From contig NC_058368.1 in the NCBI RefSeq assembly GCF_018350175.1, positions 66,094,001 through 66,158,000 on the forward strand: a stretch of DNA of 64,000 nt. The letters run 5' to 3'. The position numbers were made by a program, and so were the translations under genes. This document shows, piece by piece, positions 13,350-24,415 of this stretch; position 1 is the first letter of the stretch, and the number at the start of each line of letters is the position of its first letter. Under the pieces are notes generated by a model. That model was given only the letters and a program-made list of their open reading frames with translations, made no database searches and was not told the origin of the DNA. Source of the stretch: Felis catus. Lineage: Eukaryota.

Positions 13350-13565
13350 AGGGACACCTGGGTGGCTCGGTTGGTTGAGCATCCAACTCTTGGTTTTGGC
13401 TCAGGTCATGATCTCAGGGTTCGTGGGTTCAAGCCCCACATCGGGCTCTGTGCTGACCGCACGGAGCCCGCTTGGGATTCTGCCTCCCTCTCCCTCTCTG
13501 CCCCTCCCCTGCTCTGGTCTCTATCTCTCTCTCTCTCAAAAATAAACAAACAAACATTAAAAAAA
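13350..13565 (+). mobile_element. Can-SINE
   Basis: gggacacctgggtggctcggttggttgag, B-box-like gggttcaagccc, CT tract, A tail. Confidence 0.95.
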
Positions 13566-13686
13566 CTTTTTTTAAGGATTTTGAGCTCAAGGTTTAGCCA
13601 ACATTCTTGGCTCAGCCTCAGTGTTCTCTTGATTAAAGGTTTAAGACTGAACTCATAAAGGGCTTTATATTTTGCTTTTAGAGTTT

Positions 13687-13707
13687 TGTGTGTGTGTGTG
13701 TGTGTGT
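13687..13707. repeat. (TG)10 microsatellite
   Basis: Read directly. Confidence 0.95.
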
Positions 13708-14519
13708 TTTAAGAAGGCAAAATCTCTTACTCAGCTTCACTTTGAAGGCTAAACTCGGGATTGGGCATGAACACGTTGTTCACTTACACAAATATGCTTC
13801 CAGCCAGAAAAGCATTTTTCTTTTTTTCAGTGATCAGATTCTTTGATTTAGGCAAAATAACAATTACCAGTTGTGGATTAGCGTGCATTGTTTCCACGTT
13901 TGTTATGTCTCTCAAAGGAGTGCCTACGTAAGGAGAGAAAAAGTGTTTTCGGCTCCCCCCTACTTCTTGCTTGTGTTGTCATTTTCCAGCACTTGCCATC
14001 CTTTCCCTCCTCCTCCCCTTCGTCTTGGCAGGGGCTCAGAAGTGTTGCTTGTAATACCCTCAGCCAGCCGGTGGCTACAGACATGAAGGGGGAGGAAGAG
14101 GGTTAAGGGTAGGACTGAGGGTGAAACCAAACACATATGTGGCCTGGTTTCTCTTTAATCTCCTTCCTTACTCCCACCTGCTGAAGAAGTCTGCCACCCT
14201 TCAGGGAGGCCACAATACCCACCGATGCCCTTCTCTGCCTTATCGTTATTTATCTCACCACCTCTTCCCAGATGCAATCTCCTTTCACACCAACAAAAGA
14301 AATGTTGTCAACTGTTCTGTTTCCTTTTATTTGCTGGGCTGACTTCCTTCTTTGGGATTATCCTTTTCGTACTGAAAAAAAAGAACGTTTGGACCTTCTA
14401 TGGATGGTTTTAAAAACTTGGAGGCGGATGGCAAGAACACCCTTATGTCTCCCGTGAGGAGGGGCCGACTCTGTGATTTTAACTCAACAGATAACATGAG
14501 AACGTATCTGTTAGAAACT

Positions 14520-14735
14520 GTTGCCTGCCTCCCTCCAATTCCCTGTACCCTGGTCCGTTGTGTTTCCCCCATAGCACTTCTCGCCTCCTACCGGTCTATA
14601 TCCACTTATTTATTCCCTGTTTTGAGTGTCCATTCTCTCTCACTGCTGCCAGCATGTAAGCTTCACAAGAGGAAGGATCTAAAACACTGCCTGGCATAGA
14701 GTAGGTGCTCAGGCAATATGTTCTCAAGTGAAGTG
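14520..14735 (+). mobile_element. L2 LINE 3' end
   Basis: catgtaagcttcacaagaggaagga and cactgcctggcatagagtaggtgctca. Confidence 0.75.
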
Positions 14736-16931
14736 AAGAACACTCATTCCTGGGTTGAGTGTGAAGGACTATCTCTGTTGTTCATGTCATTTACATTACA
14801 TTAGGCCATTAAAGACCCCAGTAATCATAGTAACCTCTCAGTAACCCCCATACCCTAAAAGGATGATGATATCTGTACTTTAATAGGTCGCCTCACCACA
14901 GACACCCCATGTTTGAACTTCCAGTAGAACTTAAAAGCCAACAAGAAGGAAGAGTACAAAACCAAACCTCAAGGTGCATCTGCAGACTATCTTTGATAAT
15001 TAAGGCCTTAGATGTCATCACTCAACCAGGTGTCATCCTGCACTAATATTAAAGACTAATATTTAAGAGTAATAATATAGTCAAGTGTCTTCCTGAGAGT
15101 GTATTAATATCATAGAAACTTTTCTTTTAATTTGGCAAACTTTCCGAATAAAATGAATAAGTAATTTCCTTTTTGCAAAGAGCTATTGAAAGTAATTGTA
15201 CATTCCACACTTACAGAGTATTTTTTTTCCATCTTGTAAAAGGATAATTTGCTAAACTTGATTAAAAATCAGACATTGAACTAGATCTATCTGAGATTGT
15301 CGAATATACTATTGAGTGACTTTAATCAAATTCAGCATTATTATCTTTTTATTTGCTTTTACGCTGCCTGCAGGTACAATAAAGTGAAAATCTGTAAGCA
15401 ATGGAGCATATTTATAATACTAGTCAGAATGCCAGGTGGGTTGTAAAATAAATGTAATTGTTTTCAAAGATTGAACCAGATTAGCATGGATTAACACATT
15501 CATTTTGAAATCCATGGCAGGAAGTATTCTCAGCATGCCTTCAAACAACCCTTGTTACTCTGTTTCTATCCTATCTTAATACTATAAAATCACTACCCCA
15601 TAAAACAGGGAGGATTTTAACTTCGTTCATTTTCATATGAAAGAAACACAATTTATTAAACAAGACAAGAAAGCAGTTGTCTGCCATACTGTAGGCCAGA
15701 TTTGCACTCTGGCTTTCAGCAGATGAACAACGGCAACAGACATGGCAGCCAGAATTGTGATTGCAATAAATATTCATAACTGTGCCCGCCCAAGGAGCAA
15801 TGGGAGGGTGCCTATGTTTGCAGCACATGGCTAGCAGAGGATGAACCAGGGTTCGACGGTCCAACACACACCGGCTCAGAAGCCCTAGGCAAAGCCATGC
15901 TGAAATCTCTCATCCAGGAGGAGTGACATTACTGGGTGATTTTGCAGTGTCCTTGACTCATGTGAGGTGAAATCTTTCAGATATGCCCTGCCGATGCCAT
16001 TAGCCCTCCTCTCTCACCTTAAAATAAACCTCCTTGAGAAACTGTGTTGTCAGTGTGTGACATCCAGCAGGGGAGATCAGCCCTGGGGGCGGTGGGGAGG
16101 GTGGGGTGGAGGGGGAAGCGGCTTCTGATGCAGTTCAGGACCCAAGGCTGACTGCAAGAAACCTGCCCAATTTTAAGAGCAATCAGTCCTTGGTGAATTA
16201 TACTCATTGAAGCTTAAAAACAGTGTGTGTTTTATAGAGTCTCTGGACAGGCAGGATGCTGGCAGATCTTGATTCTTTTACTCTAGCCATTAGTATCCCT
16301 TCATTCTACATTGAAAGACAAAAATCATTCCTGTATTTACTGCAGGGATCTTGTCTACTGAGCAGTGTTAGAAATGTCATACAAGAAATGTCAATCGGAT
16401 TTCCTGAGCAACTGGTCAGTCTTCTGAGCTAATCATCTTTCTTGTTGTGTTTTGTTTTGTTTTGGGCACTAGGAAACTTGGAGTGGCAAAATTTGTGTCC
16501 CAGATTTAGCAACTATGTGACGTCTTCCCATTGAATTTCTATGTACTGTTTCTCCTGTGTTTTTCTCCATATATCTCATCATTCTCCACTTGGCTTGATT
16601 GTTTTTAGTCTTACTTTACTTATTTTATGTAGTTGTGAAAATAAGGCTAAGTCCTTTATGGAAGGAATGCATTGTCTGACATATGCACACCTGTACTGAC
16701 TAATAAAATGGCCAATTGTATGAAGACATGGATACAATTATGCATCATTAAGCTGAGGTTATTCAAACCTGTCTGTAGTTCAGTCAGGATCATGGATATT
16801 CTAACATCACCAGTGTAGTTCCTATAGATATACATGGATACAAACCATTTCTGAAATAATTAACCTGATAGATCCCCTATAGTTATTGACTAATATCTAA
16901 ATAATTTACTGGGGTGAAATACTACCATTTT

Positions 16932-17309
16932 TTTTCTTTAATTTATTATTATTTTTTTTAATTTACATCCAAGTTAGTTAACATATAGTGCAACAATGAT
17001 TTCAGGAGTAGATTCCTTAATGCCTCTTACCCATTTAGCCCATCCCCCCTCCCACATCCCCTCCAGTAACCCTCTGTTTGTTCTCCATGTTTAAGAGTCT
17101 CTTATGTTTTTGTCCCCCTCCCTGTTTTTATATTATTTTTGCTTCCCTTCCCTATGTTCATCCGTTTTGTATCTTAAAGTCTTCATATGAGTGAAGTCAT
17201 ATGGTGTTTGTCTTTCTCTGACTAATTTTGCTTAGCATAATACCCTCTATTCCATCCACGTAGTTGTGAATGGCAAGATTTCATTCTGTTTGATTGCCGA
17301 GTATACTCC

Positions 17310-17357
<48 letters not shown>

Positions 17358-18427
17358 CCACATCTTCTTTATCCATTCATCCATCGATGGACATTTGGGC
17401 TCTTTCCATACTTTGGCTATTGTTGATAGTGCTGCTATAAACATTGGGGTGCATGTACCCCTTTAAAACAGCATACCTGTATCCCTTGAAATACTTAGTA
17501 GTGCAATTCCTGGGTTGTAAGGTAGTTCTAGTTTTAATTTTTTGAGGAATCTCCATACTGTTTCCCAGAGTGGCTACACCAGTTTGCATTCCCACCAGCA
17601 GTGCAAAAGAGCTCCTCCTTCTCTGCATCCTCGCCAATATCTATTGTTGCCTGAGTTGTTAATGTTAGCCATTCTGACAGGTGTGAGGTGGTATCTCAGT
17701 GTGGTTTTGATTTGTATTTCCCTGATGATGAGTGATGTTGAGCATTTTTTCATGTGTCACTTAGCCATCTGGATGTCTTCTTTGGAGAAGTGTCTATTCA
17801 TGTCTTTTGCCCATTTCTTCACTGGATGATTTGTTCTTTGGGTGTTCAGTTTGTTAAGTTCTTTATAGATTTTGGATACTAATCCTTTATCTGATATGTC
17901 ATTTGCAAATATCTACTCCCATTCTGTTGCTTACCTTTTAGTTCTGCTGATTGTTTCCTTTGCTGTGCAGAAGCTTTTTATTTTGATGAGGTCCCAGTAG
18001 TTCATTTTTGCTTTTGTTTCTCTTGCCTCCAGAGATGTGTTGAGTAAGAAGTTGCTGCAGCCAAGATCAAAGAGGTTTTTGCATGCTTTGTCCTCGAGGA
18101 TTTTGATGGCTTCCTGTCTTACATTGAGGTCTTTCATCCATTTTGAGTTTATTTTTGTGTATGGTGTAATAAAGTGGTCCAGATTCATTCTTCTGTATGT
18201 CACTCTCCAGTTTTCCCAGCACCACTTGCTGAAGACACTGTATTTATTCTATTGGATATTCTTTCCTGCTTTGTCAAAGATTAGTTGGCCATATGTTTGT
18301 GGGTCCATTTCTGGGTTCTCTATTCTGTTCCATTGATCTGAGTGTCTGTTCTTGGGCCAGTACCGTACTGTCTCGTGCCAGTACCATACTGCCTTGATGA
18401 TTTGTAATACAGCTTGAAGTCTGGAAT
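16932..18427 (-). mobile_element. 5'-truncated carnivore LINE-1 (ORF2 C-terminus, 3'UTR, polyA); non-functional
   Basis: Minus-strand peptides LDHFITPYTKINSKWMKDLNVR...IKIKSFCTAKET and MFIAALSTIAKVWKEPKCPSMDEWIKKMWY are L1 ORF2p C-terminal; ORF is broken; TSD aatactaccatttt (16918) / aataataccatttt (18425). Confidence 0.97.
17312..17353. repeat. (TG)21 microsatellite inside the L1
   Basis: Read directly. Confidence 0.97.
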
Positions 18428-19529
18428 AATACCATTTTCACAAGAGAAATGGAATAATGTCATAGGATGTTTTCTCCTGGCTCTCGGTGAATTCTGGATG
18501 CTGTACCTGTGATCGTGTATCATTTCTCCCATGCATCTGATTGCTGCGTGAGGTTTGACGCATTGCTGTCAGACTCATTTGTTTTCAATGATGTCATTGA
18601 TTGTTCCCGTGATGAAAACTTAGAAAGTCTTAACTTTTAGACCTTCATTGGCTCTTCCGCTTCCTAGAACAATCATGAAGGAAGTCTCTTCAAGAATGAA
18701 ATAATTTTTCCAGCGGCCATGAACAACTCACATGATCAGCAAATGTAAAACATGCTTGACTCTGAGGAAGTAGATTTTGCAGCACGCGGGCTCTGCTTTG
18801 GAATCCCTTTGTGATCTAGAGAGTTTTTCAACAAATCATTTGGATGTTGTTGCAAGGGGAGCGCTGTTATGTTTTTCCATGCAATTGTGCTTAGCCATGC
18901 TGTAGAATGCTAGGGGATGAAAACAACAGATTCTATTTCCTGAGACTCCAAAAGTAGGAATTTTTAAAATCATGGCTGTGAAATATTATTCTCGGACCAA
19001 ATCACCTTGTTTGTGCTTTGATCTGCACTTGTTTGTCTACGTTGGTTTTTTACAGTGTCGTCATCACGTGTCTATGAAGTAACAACTACAGAAAGAAAAA
19101 ACAGGATCAGGTTGTCCTTTCTCAAAGGACAGCTCATATTTTCATGCTCATATTTTCATGCTAAGAGAACAGATACTTCCATCAGAAAGACACATTATTC
19201 AGAACTACAAGGAAAGAGAGGTGTCTCTGACATTGTTTTCTCTGGAGTCGTTAACCACAGTTAAGCAAAATATGGATGAAAGCATTCTCAAATTTCAGCA
19301 TTTTATCCCCAGTTCGTTTATATCATTGTCTCATTTGCCTTTAATTCCTGCAAGAAAAGATGCTTCCACCAATTTCCTTGGAGTTCTCGTGGTTGGAAAA
19401 ATGTTCTTGACAGAGTAACAACATGTGCAATGGAGAGCCGAGGACTTTGGTTGAATAATGCCTGTCATTGAACTTGTGTTCCATCTTGGCTCACTTGATA
19501 GAGAGTGAGTCGTCAGGGGTATGTAAATG

Positions 19530-19680
19530 GTAATCAGGGGACCTGGTCTGAACTTCAGCTTTGACTCCTACTGTGCTACCTCAGCCAAATAATTTAGCTA
19601 CTCTGGACCACTTTTATTTCATATGCTAATGAGGGGATTGTACTAAATTATCTCTAAAGCATTTTCTGAGCTCAAACTGG
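19530..19680 (+). mobile_element. MIR3-like SINE relic
   Basis: tgtgctacctcagccaaataattta and aatgaggggattgtactaaattatctctaaag. Confidence 0.55.
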
Positions 19681-21139
19681 CTACTGTATTCACATTTCAT
19701 CTATGAAACACATACTTACCTTGTTTGTTTGGCCACTTAGAAAAAAACATTACAAATAGTATGCTTTGTTTCTTTCTTTTTTTTTAAATTTAATTTACTT
19801 ATTTACCACTATCAGTACTTTTCCCTCTCATTCCTGTCCTAACACACCTGAGAAAGAGGATACCCTCCCATCAGAGACATTGGCCCACTTGCTCCACAAT
19901 GGGTACAGCCTGCAAACGGGTCCAGGGAAGCATCAGAATTTTGGATGGAGGAAGGGAGTGTATATTGAGGAAGTCCATCTTCTGATTCAGCTCATTAATA
20001 TCACTGAACTGTGTGGCCCATTATGAGTAAAAGGGAAACGTGTCTTTTGCGAGGATCAGGTCTACTCTTGAATTTCCAAAGTGGCCCCACTCAAGTTTAT
20101 TTCAAAGCCACTAAAGCACCATTCTCAAAGCCTGCCTTCCTCCCCAGAGCCTTCTGATGCAGCCGTGTTTTGCTTATATTGTTCAAAACCCATGCTGAGC
20201 ACTGGGTTAAAACCCTGAGCTCTAGGCGTTTGAAAGCTCCCCTTTTTAGCATGCACATTGCAGTTCTTACCCCACTCCTACCTGAATGTCTGCTACGAAC
20301 TGAGTTGCACGACTAGTTCAGATAGACACTATCATAACTTATTTATCATTCCCTAAATGTCCCAGTGCTCCTGGTATCTTCAGATGTTCACATTCTGCTA
20401 AGTCCGTTCCCAAATAAATCTTTACAAGATTTACTTGTATGATTTACTCCTCATTTACCTTGTGATATTTAAGCATGGTTCTGAGACGTCACAAAAATGG
20501 GATCAGGGAATTTTTACATCTTCACAGACACCTAAGTAAATGTGGATTAGGTGATTCTAATCTTTAGAAATATGACAACATTTGATCTTTGTGCCTATTT
20601 TTTTGTGATGTGTCACCTCAACAATAAGTTTTCACATGGCTTTGAAAATGATACACTAATAAAACACAAGACATATAGCTCACCCATGAATCTTTCTTCT
20701 GCCAATCTGCAATGGAAAAGGAGTAAGTGTTAGTTTTACAATAAAGAAACCAAGGCAGTATGATCAGTCTAGTTTATTAAATCAGAGGGAAATCGATTTA
20801 AAAAATGAACCCCAGCTTCTCAGTGCTCCATCTATGATGAGGGCATGCCTTAGAAAACTGAGATGAAATCCATGATCAGAGTTAACTGACCAAAGCACTC
20901 GTTTGCAAAATTTGATGGGAAATCTTGCATGGCATCCTTGTGTCAGCTGTAAAGAATAGCTTGAATGTCATTATTACATGTGACAGAAATTATGAGCAAT
21001 TAAATGCATTTCGTGCAACAAACAGCACTAAATAGTGCTGTAATTTTGCTGTTCTTTTATTTTCTGACACCGCTGTATAACGCCTTAGCATTCCTATTTA
21101 TTATAGGCAGAAGCTCTGAATTTTGACCACTTGGCAAAG

Positions 21140-21280
21140 GTTAGCACTTCTCATGTCTTAAGAAACCTAAGTTATGGTCCTGGTTCTAATGCTGACTAGT
21201 CTTGTGGCTTTAGGCAAATGACCTAACCTTATTACATCCCACCATCTCTCTGTACAGGTTAAGTAGTGATATCCTATTTT
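21140..21280 (+). mobile_element. MIR relic
   Basis: gtcctggttctaatgctgactagtcttgtggctttaggcaaatgacctaacct resembles the MIR core. Confidence 0.65.
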
Positions 21281-21419
21281 GGGATCCTGTTAATTTGTTC
21301 ATTCAGTATCTATTGAGTGTCTACTGTAAGACGGCCACTGCTCGCAGTAAAAGGAGCTAGGCTGAGCAAGCTTTGATTTTCCCAGATGCCTTGAATCACT
21401 CACTAAAGTAACATTGACA

Positions 21420-21770
21420 TTTTGATGAATCAGCAAAGGGTTAAGCAATGCTGAGTGCTTGAGATATTTTATTAGGTTTTTTGGGAAGCATAACTCCTTG
21501 TTATTTCTTCACCTTTGTTATTTGCTTTTAATCTTATTCCCTACACATGATCAAGTCTGGTTTCTCGGACGGTGCTCAGTGAATTATAATAGACAGTATA
21601 AATTAATTTTGTGAATAAAATTTTATGAGACACTATATCAAATACTTCAGTAAAATCAAGATATATTATTACACCCATTGTAGATATTCATGGTCTAATC
21701 TTGTAATTATATTTTTAAATTGGATTTGTACAGCCTTATTATCCAATTATTCACCCCATGCTATTCATAG
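21420..21770 (-). mobile_element. CR1/L3 LINE reverse-transcriptase fossil
   Basis: Minus-strand translation of ~21680-21601 gives GVIIYLDFTEVFDIVSHKILFTKL, resembling CR1 RT VDVIYLDFSKAFDTVSHKILLxKL. Confidence 0.65.
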
Positions 21771-21951
21771 GTACATAAATGTTTATAGCTGTGTTCCTTA
21801 ATGTTGGTTCATTGTATTTACTAGAAAGAATAATAGCAGAGGTAATTTCCATGATTGTTCTATTTTCTCTATTGTCAACATATAATTTGTGTATACTTTT
21901 TCAATGCTCTGATTTTTTAGATAACAAAAATTAATAGGGCAATATAACATA

Positions 21952-22305
21952 CAGTTGACCCTTAAACAACATAAGGGGCACCAACCACCCCAACCCCGTG
22001 CCATTGAAAATCCATATATAACTTTTTGCTCCCCCCAGACTTAACTGTGAATAGCCTACTGTTGACCGAAAGCCTTCCTGATAACACAAAGTCAGTTACC
22101 ACTTATTTTGTATGTTATACGTAGTATATACTACATTCTTAAAATAAAATGAGCAAGAGGGGGAAAAAATGCTGTTAAGAAAATCATAAGGAAGAGAAAA
22201 TACATTTACGGTACCATACTGTGTTTATTGGGTGGGCGGGGGGAATCCACATATAAGTGGATAAGTGGTTTCATGTAGTTCAAACCCCTGTCCAAAGGTC
22301 AACTG
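21952..22305. mobile_element. Tigger2a-like (TcMar-Tigger) non-autonomous DNA transposon
   Basis: TIRs cagttgacccttaaaca ... tgtccaaaggtcaactg; TA on the left, TG on the right. Confidence 0.88.
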
Positions 22306-23934
22306 TGCTCTTTCCCCCCGCCCCCAGTACATAAGTTTCTGGCTGCCAGTAAGCAGTCATTTGGGGCTGAAGTACCTTTAGCATGCAACTTTTAATATAA
22401 AGAACGTTTTTAAGTGTAACTCATCTAAAGATGATTTTGTCTTCCCTGAGCCAGTTCTGTGAGCTTGTAGGAAATTGTGAAGGCCAGTGAAGCAGACTGA
22501 GGTGCATATAACCAAGTCAGTATTCACTCATAAAGATCTTTCGAGTGTCTACCATATGTCTTGCACTGTAGGCTCTGAGATGTACTCAGAGATGAATGTG
22601 ACAGGTTCTGCAAGGAACTCACGGTTTTATTTAACTGCTGACCACTTTTCCTTTATAACGTGGGTATAAAAGCTAAACACCTAGATAAAAATATTAATTT
22701 TCTTTCTAGAAAAGGTATCTGGGATAGTTGAGTGATACCTTTTAGTCAGTTCCAGCTAGCATCCTTGTATGGAATACAACTTTGATAGTTTCAATATTTT
22801 CAGGCTGTTTGTTTGGGGACATGTTGGTGATCATCAAAACATTAATTCCACTGGTTTTCTACACTTTCAAAATAACTCGAACCGTAATGTGAATTAAGGT
22901 GTAAGCTCTTCTAGATTGTAAGCTAGACCACCAGACTTTCCTTGTAACAAGTGTATACTGCACAACTGACAAATTCCTCTTGATTGAAAAACTATTCTCC
23001 TACTCAAGTTCCTAAGTTACCAAGGACTGGGTTAAGATATCGGGATGAATGTGTAATATATGATAGCTGATTATATATTAAATTAGAACCTGGAGAGCAT
23101 TTGTAATAAAGTAATAAAATTGGGAGTTAGAATTTTACTTTACTACTGAGGAAAAGGAGATCTTTTGAAGCAAAGATATTTGCCCAAGATCCATGAAAAA
23201 AATGAACACTGAATCTACATCCCCCCTTCCCACATGATACTCTTTTTAACATGCCTTATTCTACTGCCAAAACTGTGAAGGGTCATGAAACAGATATATT
23301 TCTCTATCTGTATCTGTGTCTATACCATCATATATTGTGTACATGTTTACTGTCTATATATTCTCATAATCCTTTAAAATGAAGCAGATAACCTGTTGGT
23401 GGCTGAAAAATGGGAGATGACAGTATGCTTGTGTGTTGGCAACAGTAGATATGAATCAGTACCACCTTAATGGTCACAAGGATGGAAACAGAGCACACAC
23501 GATCCTCTGATTTTGCAGTCGCACCCAAAGATGGGGATTATACATGGATACAGGTAAATGTAGGGAACAAAGATGATCTAACTAAACCTCAGATACGCCA
23601 CTGTGTTCAGTTTCATGGAAGAAAAATAAGTATTTGTGTATTCCTCAGTCACAGATGCTTCCCAAACCACTTTTAGAAGATATACATTGAAAAGCAAAAT
23701 TGACTAAGATCTAATCATTTTAAAAAGCTCCTGTATCTCTAAATACAAACAAAACTCAGATTATACAGTTTTTATCTTTCATCTTTCTTTTTTACCAATG
23801 GATGTATTTTATCAGATGCGAGGTGTAATAATTAAAATATTAATTGTAACTAATAATTTAAAAGAATAATCGTCCTTCTTTTTCCTTGACAAAGGATCTG
23901 GAAACTATGCCACATGACATTCTAGTAAAGCATT

Positions 23935-24073
23935 TATTAATTTTTTAATGTTTATTTATTTATTTTGAGACAGCGCTAGCAGGGAAGGGGCAGAAAGAGA
24001 GGGTGAAAGAGAATCCCAAGCAGGCTCCATGCTGTCAGCACAGGCTTAACCGACTGAGCCACCCAGATGCCCC
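23935..24073 (-). mobile_element. Internally deleted Can-SINE
   Basis: gctgtcagcacag joined directly to gcttaaccgactgagccaccc. Confidence 0.9.
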
Positions 24074-24224
24074 GTCATTTAAACATGTTTTAGCAAAGAG
24101 AAACCTAGAAGGATTTCCCCTAGAAGGAGAATCTATGAGATTCTCAGTGTTGAATATTTACGGTCAGTCTTTTTTAATGGAACTCTATTCACTCTGTGAA
24201 GACATTACAGAAAGATGTATTCTG

Positions 24225-24415
24225 AATTAACATAAGGAACAAATTTCTAACCATTCTAAAAGCTGGTTGTCTGAAAGTGATATGGGTACTAATGAGACTG
24301 GGGTTCTGCCCCCAAAAGTTTCAAACAGAGATTACACCTTTTCTGGATGATTCTGCAGCAATTGTTTGAACCAGATGACCTCTAGTCCCTTTCAACAGTG
24401 AATGTGTAACAGTCC
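24225..24415 (+). mobile_element. L3/CR1 3' end relic
   Basis: aatttctaaccatt, tttcaaacagagatt and gaaccagatgacctctagtccctttcaac. Confidence 0.5.

Noticed and set aside
17247..18532. L1 ORF2 fragments as functional CDS
   Set aside because: 5'-truncated, frameshifted and interrupted by (TG)n; lacks endonuclease and RT domains
19056..19110. Plus-strand exon after ttttttacag
   Set aside because: Weak donor (cag|gttgtc), stops in two frames, peptide unrecognised
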